From Lobosporangium transversale (Eukaryota), in assembly GCF_002105155.1 (NCBI RefSeq), contig NW_019028995.1, positions 496,001 through 560,000 of the forward strand: a stretch of DNA of 64,000 nucleotides. The letters are read 5' to 3'. This document shows positions 1-12,854 of the stretch, piece after piece. Under the pieces are notes generated by a model that saw only the letters and a list, made by a program, of their open reading frames with translations, did not search any database and was not told the origin of the DNA. Position 1 is the first letter of the stretch. Each line of letters begins with the position of its first letter. Both the position numbers and the translations under genes were made by a program.

Positions 1-1
1 T

Positions 2-166
2 CCTGATGATGAGCCCGTTGCTGCCGAGGTCTTTGACTGGTCTTTTAACGACGCGGACTTGCCTGTGGATACATGGAAGGTCATGATGTATAGCGAGATC
101 TTAGATTTCCACCATGTGGACGAGAACCAACCAAACCTTGAGCAACAGCAACCTGCTGGCTATTAA
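2..166 (+). CDS. HOG1: 3' end of stress-activated MAP kinase (HOG1/Sty1 type), partial
   Basis: Frame 2 reads [37 protein letters not shown]...GY*, the characteristic HOG1/Sty1 C-terminus; TAA at 164-166. Confidence 0.92.
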   Translation, partial: PDDEPVAAEVFDWSFNDADLPVDTWKVMMYSEILDFHHVDENQPNLEQQQPAGY

Positions 167-739
167 AATATGAGGCATTGTTTTTTTTTTTTTTTTTGAC
201 GTTTTTTCCTTTCAAATATGCTTCGGCTCCACACATACAATAAATGACAACAACAAATGTTATATATCCTTTATCTTGAAGTGCGACCAAAAATAGTCGC
301 AAGCTTTTTTATTCTTTTTTTTTGCTCAGTTAAACCCTCTCCCATCCTTAAGCTAAATTAAAAGAGCTTGGTCTCTGGCATCACGAGAGTACGTTGGGAA
401 ATGCATTTCATTATAATTCTTTCGATATGCATATTCTAATGCGACGATCAAATTATGAACTTATTCTCACCATATTTGCTACGGCAACTACAGCAGCGAG
501 AGCTGAAGAGAAGGGAGGAAGAAGAATTGAGCGGGAGGAGGCAGGTCTTTACGAGATCATTTTATAAAAAGCCAATTTGGTGTAATTGAAATCTTTAGAC
601 ATATTAAAAAGCGGCCAAACACCACGTTTACCTTCTGCACGGAATACGAGAGAGATGTTCCATGGAGGGGAGACAGCTTCGTGCTTGAGGAGAATTGGCC
701 GAATCCAACTCTTTTTTGGCAACATCCTGTCTTTCTCCT

Positions 740-1070
740 GATTAACTTGAGCAGACGATTGGTGGTTTTCTCAAATCCCGTATCACGAGCTTTCTTAACG
801 TCCTATTGATATCTCCAATATATTTTGTAGAACCCGTAAAGTGATTCTTTTGCTTCCTCAAACACCTTATAATATTCATCAATGTTGCAGCCATTTCCCC
901 AGACTGATGGTGGGCTATTCTCGAGTGCCGACTCTGAGGCTTGGACAGATGGATCAAGCTCCAACCGTGTTTGACTACGATGTATAAACACGTTTATGGA
1001 ACGAATGAACATCTCGTTCTCCTTGTTTTTGTGTAAAACACAGCTCTCCAGCATCTCTTCAGCATCTGCC

Positions 1071-1101
<31 letters not shown>

Positions 1102-1698
1102 AAAAATCAAATCTCTTGTAACTAGTCTTTAAATCATAGTGATTTTATCATACATCAACAGATCGCTCTCTCGCTTACTGACAACGTCGTATGGCTGGTA
1201 ATCTCGCACTGTCTGGATGTCCGCTTCGGTACGGCATATAGTCGCATTCCATCCTTTTCGTTTTTAATATTTAACAAGAGCAACTTTGATTCCGTAGGTC
1301 AGTAGAAGGCTCGCTTCAAATTCTTGACGACTGCTACAAAGTGGTGTTTCCGTGCGCGAAGGCTATTCTTTATTTGGCTGTTCAGAGTCTCCATCGCCCT
1401 GCGTGCAATATTTAAAAAAAATTCTCGTTGGCACAAACGGTGATTCGTTGTTTCTTGTTTTTTCGATACAAGGGGCACCGCCAAAACAAAGAGCTTAGGG
1501 TCTCATTAGGGCCAAGCTTCAGTACTTGCTGTTCGACTGTTAAATGAGCTTTACCCGCTGCATGAGAAGAATATGTATGGGCGATAAGAGCGAAAAAAGC
1601 CCCCAATACATTGACACGTGCTGTAGTGATGGAGTTTAGGGCGGAGAATGGGCTCATAGTCCCTCTTTTTCAGGAAAGGCCAGGCCATTGATATCCAT
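740..1698 (-). pseudogene. Decayed copy of the XPG/PIN-nuclease module of the PIN-Fanzor family
   Basis: Minus-strand fragments across frameshifts: MDINGL/WPFLKKRDYEP (cf. MGIKGLYSYLSRR), RVNVLGAFF (cf. ELDLLGTF), ICRTEADI (cf. CRNEADV), VSKRESDLLMY (cf. VSGDSDLLIY), DAEEMLES..FIRSINVF (cf. DAEKLTVS..FDHSINVF). No RuvC part found. Confidence 0.75.
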
Positions 1699-3129
1699 TG
1701 CTGTGGGAATCGGATTATACTATTGCAGCGGCTGTATTGTATCAGTGGAATCGACGGAAGAAGAGTGATGAAGGCGGGACAATGAAGTAGGAGGGAAATA
1801 AGAAAAAATGGATGTGTGAAGGGTTTCATAGCTAAACCAGTCTGTTGATCAGAAAGTTAGTGATACCAAGATGTGGACCCAAGCACACATTTGTGAGACA
1901 TGGTACCATTTTTGATTTTTGATCTGTCAATTGTAATTTTTTCGATTCTCCTGCTGTTCCCATGGTGCTTAACTTTGGCCAATGCAGTAACCATTTCCCA
2001 CTTAACAGCTTGTGACCGCTGAGTATGTCAATCAAAGCTTGGATGCGTGGTAAAATACCCGTAAATGTGCGCTCTTACGGAGGTGGGGTATCCTCAATCA
2101 TGTGATAGATTACATCTGAAGATTTCGGGAAGAGACTCGATCTGGCAAACCAGGGCTATTCTGATGCCGTTCTTAGCTCTTCGGGCCATAACCTAGTTTT
2201 CCTTGTTTCTGCCAATCCTCTGTTCGTCGACCCACACCACCTGAATGTGCTTGCAGGCATAAACATTGGGGTGCCATGGACACTGCTGACTCCCATAATA
2301 GATGACCTCAAGGTACACAATCCGCGATCATAAAAACTCATATTTCATGACAGATAGCTTGAAGTGATATCAATGTACTTGCACGCCAGTGGTGCTATGG
2401 TGTGCCAGTGGCGCAAACTTTTCGTCATAGTAATCATAAAGCAGTACATAGTTTAATATGATTCACAGAACATCGATGACACTGATACGCACCACCACTG
2501 GTACAACAGGGATATCACCTAGCGAAAGTCACTGGTGATTTCCGCTGAACGGAGTGAACACCAACTCATCTGCTTCTGGCTCTACTTTAGCGTGCAGAAC
2601 GGGATATTACTGCTACTACACCCAAAATGCCAAGGATACCCGTGAGAAGAATGGTGGGCCAAAGAACACAAGTCTTTGCATTGACGCTCCCTTCGTTCCA
2701 AGTGTTAGGCACCCTCCCCAATGCTCATCAATAAAATAACAAATAAAATCTAAATAATCTAGAATAACCATCCCTAGTAGTGAAGTCCACAGGAACTGCT
2801 TCATAGCACCCGGAATCCACAGGAATGATGCAAAGTATATTATTAGATGTCTTTAGAGGCTTTTGGGTGTAAATCCATCGAGCTTTTATATTGAAGGTCT
2901 TCTGTGAAGACGCGTCTTGATATGGGTGTTACTGTTAGCAGACATGTTTAACGAAGATCTTTCTTTCGCTCTCATTACTTACTATGATCCGATGTATAGC
3001 ATCAGAAGCATAAAACCTTAATACAATTCAGAGTCGCTCCTCCCATGGACCCTAACAAGCACTACTTGATGAAGTCAATGGTTTCCAGTTACTATGGCTG
3101 AAAATATATAAAGAATGAATTGAGGTCGA

Positions 3130-3850
3130 GTGGAGAGAGGTTCCAGTTGGTAATGATCGTCTCAGCAGGTGTTGGGCGTTGTTGCATTTGCTTATACCAT
3201 AACTAACATCCCATGATTTACAGGTTGAGCCAGAGGCGAAAAGTGTTCCTCCAAGCTTCCTTCTGCAGAGAGGTATGTGTCGAAAATCGAGAATTTCACA
3301 AGTTTGGTTGTATATGGATAGGTTCTAATCGTTCTTTCGCTCCTCAAAGTTCGCGGTAAAGTCGCCCGAAATATCTGGAGTAGAGTACTCCGTTGCCATG
3401 GACGTGTAGAGGGGCCTTCTTCAGTCATGTTCATGCCCCGACTATGTCCGACAGAAGATCCCTTGCAAGCACATGTATCTGGTGTCAAGGATCTACGACG
3501 GCTTCGATGGTCAACATGCCGCTGCTCTTTCGCGCATTAAACATTAGGACAAGCGCGTAGGCTCCAACCTAAGGTCCTCTCGAGAGAGATTTATCTCGAC
3601 AACTTTATTGCGCGAGCCGAATGTGATGAGAGCTAAAGAGAGGGAAAAAAAGAAGAGAGAGGGAAGAAGCCACTATCCAAAGCATTCAAAGGGTGTGAAG
3701 AAGAGCTTATGGCTCTGTGGAAGGAGCTGGGCCGTATGGCATATAACAGGCAAAAAAGGTGTGCATTGAAGGATATATACAAGACTCAGTACAGACCTAA
3801 GACAGTGAGAGGTGTTCAAGCGCCTGAACAAACTAGCTGCAAAAAGCAAT
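3130..3850 (+). pseudogene. MULE/Mutator-type transposase remnant with SWIM zinc finger
   Basis: 3425-3500 reads SCSCPDYVRQKIPCKHMYLVSRIY (SWIM CxC..CxH). Surrounding frames are broken by stops and frameshifts. Boundaries approximate. Confidence 0.6.
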
Positions 3851-3989
3851 AAATCAGCTGACCTCTTTGTCTTTGAGCCGAGATTGTACTACTCCGTGTC
3901 AACGACAGAGGCGATTGTTGTCTCTACTTGGACGTTTCGTTCCATCTTTAATTTTTTCCATCACTTTTTGACATTTTCTTTCATCAAAG

Positions 3990-4612
3990 ATGGCTATTAA
4001 CGTCGCGCGCTGGAGCATTGGTCTTTTGGTGTTGCTTAGTATCTTGCCATGTGTATTTGGATTGTACTTTTATCTCGAGGGTTCCGAGCAAAAGTGCTTC
4101 ACAGAGGAATTACCCAAAGAGACTATGGTGACAGGTGAGACATCTGAAAAGCCTGGAAAATTGATCAAACAAATAGATATCTATAGTTGATTTTTTTTTT
4201 TTTTTTTTCCTTTTTTTGTATAAATACGCTATATTCGAACTTCTTTTAGCTGATTACACTGCTGAGGAATGGAGCGAGGAAGCAAAAAAGTTTGTCTTGA
4301 ACAAGGACGTTTTGATCGAAGTATTTGTCAATGTAAGTTTTTATATTGTGCCGAAGAATTTTTTTTCTTCACAGCGATACTCATCGGACTTTGCTTAAAA
4401 ATTTTAGGAGATATCGTCGGGTACTAGGATGTATAACCAAAAGTTGCCTTCAAAGGGCAAGTTTACGTTTACTTCGGCCGAGTCTGGAGAGCATGCAATT
4501 TGTCTACAGACTTCGGCTGCTGGATGGTTCAGTACTCAAAAAATTGTAACGTGCGAATAGTCAATAGCTGACAATATTTGAATTGACTGAGAGTTCGGAG
4601 GAATCCAAATGG

Positions 4613-4643
<31 letters not shown>

Positions 4644-5134
4644 GGTCGATAGAGGGTCACATTTGACATGGACATTTCTGATATTCTGGATGACACGGAT
4701 ACACCTGAGAATCAATTGAGCGGTAATAGTCTTTATTATTATTATTGTTATTTTTTACGATGGTCATAAAATTCTGACAATGGATATGCGCCACGTTGAT
4801 GATCCTTAGATTTGGCTCAGCGTGTCCGTGAATTGAACAACAAGGTCGGCGACATTAGACGCGAGCAGTCGTTCCATCGTGTAAGATTTTGTGTCATTGT
4901 ATATATTTTTATTTATTAGTTTATTTTTTCTTTTCATCTGCATGTCCAATTAATAATAATATTTGTTATGGTGAACGACCACAGGAACATGAGATGGATT
5001 TCCGTAATGTAAGTGAGGCTGCCAATGGACATACGGTTTCCTGGACGATTGTCCAGTTGATTATCTTGGCAATCACTGCTGCTTGGCAGATGCGTCACCT
5101 CCGCGGCTTCTTTGAGGCCCGAAAGATGATCTAG
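3990..5134 (+). CDS. p24/emp24/gp25L-family ER-Golgi cargo receptor (multi-exon)
   Basis: Signal peptide, then LYFYLEGSEQKCFTEELP (GOLD domain start), coiled coil, C-terminal TM and MRHLRGFFEARKMI tail; GT-AG introns. Confidence 0.9.
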
Positions 5135-5363
5135 AAGGTTAAAAAAGAAAAAAAAAGTTGCTACTCTTTTATTAATGTCAAATAAAATAAAGACCTTAAC
5201 ATTAAGAAATGACATAAATGATAAAGTCTTGGTTGTACGAAAGACCAATTGCTAAATGTATTTTGGCATATATCAGGACAATTTGCACGGGCCTTTCTCT
5301 CTATCTCTTTCTTCCTCTTCTTATTCTCTTGTTCCATCACCATCATTGAATTGCAAAAGAATC

Positions 5364-7074
5364 ATGTCTCTGAATACGTCCAATGTGACCTCACGTTTGT
5401 CACGATTTACAACCTTCCCTGCTGCAGTACTCTCAACCGCTTTAGCACTCTACCTCGGCTACAAGGCATTTCAATTGCTAGAAGCTCGACAGCGTCAGAA
5501 GCAAAGGGCCTTGGAGCCATCACCAACTAGTCCAGTTCTTGTCGACCATTTCCAATTCGTCAAAGTGAATGGAAAGCAATTAAGGATAGTTCATATTCCT
5601 CATGAACTTGGGTCTAAAGTGCCACTGTTAGTTTTTATACACGGTGTTGGGGGGCAGGTAAAAAAAAACTCCTTTCGACTTCGTATCAAACTGGCTTCGA
5701 ATCAGTTTACTGATCAAAGTAAAAACTCTCTCTTTTCCTTTTAAAAATAGCTTGAGCAGTTTGAGAGACAAATCGAGTATTTTAGCCATAGCACGCATAT
5801 TCTTGCTGTTGATATGTGTGGATACGGCGCAAGCGATGTTCCGGATAGGTAAAGTTGCGAACTTGTCTATTCAAGGCAATTGCAGACATATAATATTGCT
5901 GCCTTCGCTCACGCTATTACTATTTATTTTATTTTTTCGTTGCACAGTTATAAGCATTATACCACAGATGCCTATGTAGAAGACATTGTCACCTTACTAC
6001 AACGTTACAAGAGCCAAGACACAGTCCTGATCTGTCATTCGTATGGCTGCGGGGTTGGAACACACCTCTACTCACGCCTAGAAACTTCTGAAGCACTCTA
6101 CAACTCCATTAAAGCAATGGTTATGATTGCCCCCAAAGCAATGATCACAGATCACGAGCTTAAGGCTCGCGAACAGCTCCGGCGAACGCCGGATTGGGCG
6201 ATTGATCTTGCAAGAAGACTTGATAGGATAGGAGGTATTCATTCTAAAAGTGTGAACAGGTTGCTTCATACGAGCGCAGGGGAAGATCTGCGACGAAAAC
6301 AATTTAGATGGAACAAAGCCTCTAGGACATTTGTCTTGAGGAGAATCCTTCTAGGCGCACGATGGCCAACCCCTGATGATTTTCGGCGGATTCAATGCCC
6401 ATTGTTGCTAATGGCGGGAGACGATGTAACGGATTGATTGTGTTTATATCTTCTTCGAGAGTATGACTGTATGACTTTTTAGAACTCAAAGTCTGGTAAT
6501 TAAGTATTATCATTCTTTGATTTTTGTAGGACCGAGTTTGCCCTATTGCCAACGTGGAGCAGATCTTCAGATGGTGTCAAGATACCAATGAGCGGATAAA
6601 ACTTCCTTTCATTATTCCAAAGGCAGGACATCAAGTGATGTTGGAGAAATGGGAGCTTGTTACACCAATTATCAGTAATTTTCTAATTAAGGACTGTGGC
6701 ATGACGACAATGGATCCTTCCTGGCAGATCACCCGAAAATGTCAGAAAGAGAACAAATGGAGTTTAAAAAACACAGAAAAGGTTGATGACCAATAGTTTG
6801 TTTATATACGAAAAAATATCCATATGTCGTTGTAACTCCCTGCAATGGTTTGATCCTAGACTTGACGCTGTAATCATTGGTGAACTATCTAGTGGATGAA
6901 TACACCGGCTATATCGTCACCTATTGGTAGAAGATCCGGAAAATTCAGAGCAATGAAGGTCTTGCGACAGACAGACCCCGATCACTCTCCTTCTGCCTTC
7001 TTAGCCAGACATCCCGAAGTAAACTTCATCCTCTTTTCTTTTGGTTAGAAATCAAGCGATATACATGATATAGA

Positions 7075-7139
<65 letters not shown>

Positions 7140-7669
7140 TTTTAAATTGCTCAGGTGGGCTTCATCGTAGATATCTCGAAAGACGAACCACCGTACCGAA
7201 CAACAGATTTTGAAGCAACATCAATCACGTACACCAAGCTTCCGACCATAAGCAAAATTCCACCTTCTAAAGCTGATGTCGAGCGCTTCATATCTCACTG
7301 CAAATCTTGCTGGAAAGAAAAGCCAGGCGTAGACATCGCTGTGCATTGTCACTATGGGTAAGCTTAAATGACAGGCATAGGTTCGGAAAAGGAAGTTGAT
7401 CGAAAAAAAAAAAAAAAAAAAAAATAGTTACCCACTTGTCTAATGATTTTTTGGTATCACGAATTTGAATCGCCAAAATTTTCAGGTTCAATCGAACAGG
7501 ATTTTTTATCTGTTGCTTCTTGATTGAAGAGCAAGGATATACAGTAGCAGAAGCACTCCATCACTTCGAGCTCTCTCGACCGCCCCGTGGTATCAGGTAT
7601 AGTCATCATACGTGTTTTAATCGAAGGATAAATGTTTTGTATTTCAAAAAAACGCGAGCCTACATTCAC

Positions 7670-7701
<32 letters not shown>

Positions 7702-7765
7702 ACATGACCATTTTAAAGGTGAACTCTACCTTCGTTATGAACCACCAATGCAGCTAAAATCATAG
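5364..7765 (+). CDS. Alpha/beta-hydrolase fused to dual-specificity (DUSP11/RNA-triphosphatase-like) phosphatase (multi-exon)
   Basis: N-terminal TM; FIHGVGG, CHSYG nucleophile elbow, AGHQVMLE; C-terminal VHCHYG|FNRTG CX5R motif split by an intron; ..RPPRGIR|HDHFKGELYLRY. Confidence 0.85.
7077..7139. repeat. (ATT)n microsatellite in an intron
   Basis: About 20 tandem TTA/ATT units. Confidence 0.95.
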
Positions 7766-7949
7766 TCAAGAGTTATTAATAATAACAGTTCTAGACAAGA
7801 CAAATGGATCATTGCTCCACTGACATATTTATTTTTAAAAATGTAATATGATGGAAACACATACACAATTGAGCGAGAACGTCTGATCTATAGTTACGAT
7901 GAGACTCAGCATAGCTTGCTGGCTACTTTCTCTATGTCGAAATCGTATC

Positions 7950-10900
7950 TCAGGTTTTCAGTCTAAAAATAGACAGAAATACAGAGTTAACATTAGCTAT
8001 TTTCTATTCGACTCGAGCCAGGTCGGGCCAGTTCAGTCCAACTCCAACTCCAAACTCCCTTCCCCCCTAAAAAAAAAAAAAAAAAACTCACCGTTTGGGA
8101 TTCAGTCGACAACCACGATGACTCTTCCTTCGATGACCGGGCTCTCCGCAAGAGACGCAAATCTCTGTGGTCTCCATGGAAGCTTTATCTGTAGGACTGT
8201 CAACTACGGCTTCTGGTACAGGATTCAATGCCCTGTATTAATAGAGACAAAGCATTTCTTTGATTAATTTTCGGTACCTTTATCACAAAGTCAAACGTTC
8301 AATGAAAGCGCACCGTTGCTCACTTGCCGTTTGGGATTTAGTTTGCATGCCTTGTTGCTCTTCCGTTGGTGTCCAAGCTCTCCACAGGAAATGCATTTCT
8401 CTACTGAGCTACCCTCGTTCAAGTTTTGACCCGTTGAGTGCTTGGCAGCGGAATCGGGTTCTTGACTTTGAAGCCTATTTTTTTTAAGAAAAAAAAAATG
8501 GCACTAACTTTTATTTCTCTGATATCATGGTTTCGATTGACAACGATCAATATATAACCTACCTCTTAGAATTTAACTTGCAGTCTTTATGACTTTTCCG
8601 TCTATGGCCGATCTCTCCGCAAGAAAAGCATTTCTCTTCGGAGCCACTAACCGAAGGTTCACTAGCAGACGACTCACTAGAGACGGAATTGTCAGTTTCA
8701 ACAACCTTAGTAGTCATGCTAGATTCTGAAAGTTGAGGTCTACAACATATGAACAAAACGACAGATGAGTTTTTCAGTCAACATCCTTCATGAACCCACA
8801 TATAGAATCGAATTGATATAAACTTGCCTCCTAGGATTAAATTTGCATGCTATATGACTTTTGCGTCTATGGCCTGTCTCTCCACATGTGGCACATTTTT
8901 CCGCAGTGTCATTGATAACAGAAGCTGTGGATGCAGAGCCGGTGGCCGAAGAATCATTCTCAACGCCTAAGGGTCTATGATGGCAGATTAATATATCAGT
9001 GAGATTTACATAAGTTTACTAATAGCTCCATTGACTTTCCCCCTGATAATACATTGTATATATATACGTATTAAGATACCTTTTATGGTTTAATTTGCAT
9101 GCTTTGTTGCTTTTGCGCCTGTGACCAATTTCTCCACATGACACGCAGGTCATAGTAGAAGTTTTGTTCGCTATAGCACTGTTTGCTGGTCCTACTGGCC
9201 CTACTGGCCTGTTGAGAGAAGTATAGCATTAAAGATTGGAAACCAATATCGTCTTTCGCCTTATATAGAAGAGAGAGCATTTTATAAGTACCGGCTGGGG
9301 TTATTTGGGCAATCAGCGTGAGATTTGCGTCGATGGCCAGGATTTCCACAGGACGCACATACTTTGGCGGGATTTGTGGTCGCTGTGTTATTTCTCACTG
9401 TTTCTACTCGTCTACAAGTGCGCATCAAATAATTCGTTAGATTTTGATTCGAGTATACATGCGCGGAACTAGAAGGATTCCAAGGTAAAACAAAATATTC
9501 ACATTTCAGCCTTGGAGTTCATGGGACAATTGCGATAGCTCTTCCGCCGGTGACCGACCTCCCCGCATGAAGAGCATGTTGCTGTAGATTGTTCAGGTAT
9601 AGGGTTTTCAGACTGTGAGAGCCTGACAGACGAAAATCACAGAGTATTAGGCACTTCAAATTTATCATTAAGAATACCTAAAGACATAAAAAAAAAAGAG
9701 AAGGGAAAGACTCACCTTTTAGTATTCATTGGACATGCTTTGTTGCTCTTCCGTCGGTGACCGACTAATCCACAGGAGACACATATTGCTGAGGAATCGA
9801 AGACTGTAGCGTCATCAGATTCTGAATTATTGCTGGTAGTAACAACATGAGTATTAGGAGAGGTCTGTGGACTCTCAGATCTATTTGAACTATGACAGCG
9901 TAAGGTATCATTAATATTGCTGCGAAAAATGCTATAGGCTCGAGCACTTAGAAAGCGAATATGAACAGGATAAACCCTTACATTCTTTTGTTCAATTTGC
10001 AGTCTTTATGGCTTTTGCGTTGGTGACCAGCTTCTCCACACGAGGCACATATGATTGCAGTTCCAGAAGGTCGGGTTTCTGGTGTAATAGTATTGTTGGC
10101 CAATTGTTCTGGTGTAAGGCTCTCAATGTCGTGAGGTTCTTTAGTAGTGGTAGCCTTTACATAAGATGGTCCTGTTTTTTTGCTACCATTCCCGAGAGTA
10201 AGTAAACATTAATAAAGTAAAATAAAATAAGATTGAGTGGCCCTGAATCTCGAGATACCGATCAAGTAATGGTCTTTAAGCATGCAAACAATACTTTTTA
10301 ATGGAATCTGCGGTATCTGCAGTATCTGTTTCAGCTTCGGTAGAATCATTTTCTAGTTGCTGTCGTCTGTGAGAGGTTGAGGGGTTGATAGTTGATAGCA
10401 AGCAATCCTAGTTAGAAGAATTTTGGTATAATGGGTCAATGGGCTAATGCATCGTCCATGGAAGTGCTTTCTAACCTTGCAATGTTTTGTGGGTTTTTGG
10501 GGCAATCCCGATGACTCATACGTCGATGGCCATTTTCACCGCAAGTAGCGCATTTGACATTTGTTAAGGCAGTTACAGGAGTGGATGCGGAATCAGAGTC
10601 AGGTGCTGTTGTAGAGGCAGGCTTGGTCTCGAGTTGTGATACAGACGATGGAGTAGCAGCAGAGTTTTGTACTTTTGCTTTCTTATCCACTGGATCATGA
10701 TTGGTGCCATTAGAAGGCAAAGTCTCGCTTGCCAAGTTGACGCGGTTGCGAGGACAGTCGGTGTGACTACTTCGTCGGTGGCCGGTTCCGCCGCAGGCCG
10801 CACATATTGGGGTAGACTTGGTATTGACCGAGGGATTTGGGACAATTTCGGTCGATTCGGGGGTCCTAATAGGAGAGGGAGAAGAAGATAGTGCGATATT

Positions 10901-11125
10901 AATTTATGTCAGAATGCTCGATGGATATTGAAGGTTTAATTGCTTGATGGCTGGGTTTTCAGGAGCTACGTGTGACGCTGTTACTATTATGAAACAAGTT
11001 GAATTGTGAACTGGGAGAGTTATCACCCCTTCTTACATATTGTGGTTTGGGCACAGCTTGGATGACTTTCGTAAGTGTCCTTCAAGACCGCAACTTTTGC
11101 ATTTGGAGATAGGCGACTCAGCCAT
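7950..11125 (-). CDS. Multi-exon protein with 11 CCHC-type zinc knuckles (Cx2CGx2GHxRxSx3C)
   Basis: ATG at 11125 gives MAESPISKCKSCGLEGHLRKSSKLCPN. Ten more knuckles read directly near 10530, 10020, 9750, 9550, 9330, 9120, 8860, 8600, 8360 and 8130, separated by S/T/P-rich linkers and introns. Possible frameshift near 10735; exon boundaries approximate. Confidence 0.8.
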
Positions 11126-12854
11126 AGGGATCCTTTGGAGTGAAGTGAACTAGTCTAACCCTCCTTTTAGATGATTTTTTTTGGGGGGGGGAACTTTATG
11201 GAAAAGAGAGGGTCGGGTAAAAAGGAAAATTTTGATATGAAGAGGAGAGAAAAAAAAAGATGTAATTTTTATTATTTAATATTTTTAGCATTCTTGAAAA
11301 TGAGATTACGCAGTGTATATCACGTGGATACCAGCACAGAAGAGACATTTTCTTGAGAGGAACCAATATGGTACATGTACTCGAATCAGAAATTAAGTGT
11401 GCTCAACATGATGCTTAACCCATTTTATACTCATCAGGCATTATGATTATGGCTTGATGAACAAAAAAAAAAGCATTTCAGGAACTAATGCCATGCGTAG
11501 TTGTGAATATACACCATGGTATATACAATATGATACATGTATTCAGCATACATATACCTTTATATACATGTACATCATATGCGTCTGTTAATTGTTTGGG
11601 AAAAAGGGGGGTGAAAGACTGTCTCATCATTGTTATTAAAAATGTAATAAATTTTTGGGTCACAGAGCATTAATTGCAATGTTTTGTTTTTATCCTTACC
11701 TTTCGACTCTTCAGAGGTCGGCGAGACAAGTGCTCAACACATCATGTTCAATTTCAGTATTGAAAAACAATTATTTACAGTGATGGTAGAGGTAATTAAG
11801 AAATAATGGACTTGGACAAAGGAAAAAGTGTATAGTATTAATGAACCCTGTGTTGACGGCAATAGTCAACTACAACTCATATTACAATGAAAGCGAAAAC
11901 AGTAGTGAGGTATCTTCTTGAAAGCTATACAAAGCGTTGGTTAAATAGATTGTGAATGAGTCGAATGTAGATCAAGTATAATGCAAAATAGATATTTACA
12001 TCCGTCTATTGGACAACTCAATGGGCTTTAAAAAGATATAATAGTTTATTTGTTTTGCCACCGTTTTCCAATATTTGTGTAAGCTGTTAAGTCAAACCCT
12101 TCGGACCGTTGCACATTAATGAAAAGGAGAGACTGCGCCTCCCTTAGGGCCTGGACCATGGCTCGAAATAAAAAAAGAGAGAGACTTCTGGTCTTGTACT
12201 TGCATGCAGCAAAGTGCATTTTCATGAGCAATTAGACCAATGTCTGTGCAAGTGGACATTTGTTTATACAGAAACAGCAGTTGGTGGCATGGCATGTTTG
12301 AAGTTTTACCATCTCTACTTTCCAGAAAAATATGTGACAGGGACAAAGGAAGTTTTTTTATAGTTATTTACATCTGCGCCCAACTGGGACGTTGGAAGAG
12401 GGAAGTAAATCAAAAAAAAAAAAAAAAAACTTCTTTCTTTCACTCTTCATTCCTTTTCTCCCTTCTCTTACTCCCTCCATCCTTCCACCCTTTTACCACT
12501 ATCACACCCATCCCTTGCAATTGACATTGCACCTTTCTTCCCTTCTCTTCTTCACCTTCTTTCCTTCTCCTTTCAACCTTTCATGTCAACACTTTGCTAC
12601 GTTTAAAAACTGGGTGACTATATGTCATCATCAACATCATTTTTCTTTCTTTTTTTTTTACGATTTTCTATATTTTTCTACGTTTCCATTAGAATATCTT
12701 TATCTAGCCTCGTGGCACTCTAATGTCCTTCAGCGGATTCATTTTCTCGCAATCTTTATTCTAATTTACTCGCTCATTCATTCACCCATTCATTCACGAC
12801 AGCATCTCCTTTTTATTCATTTCTTCCTTATTCACCAAACACATTCCAATAATA

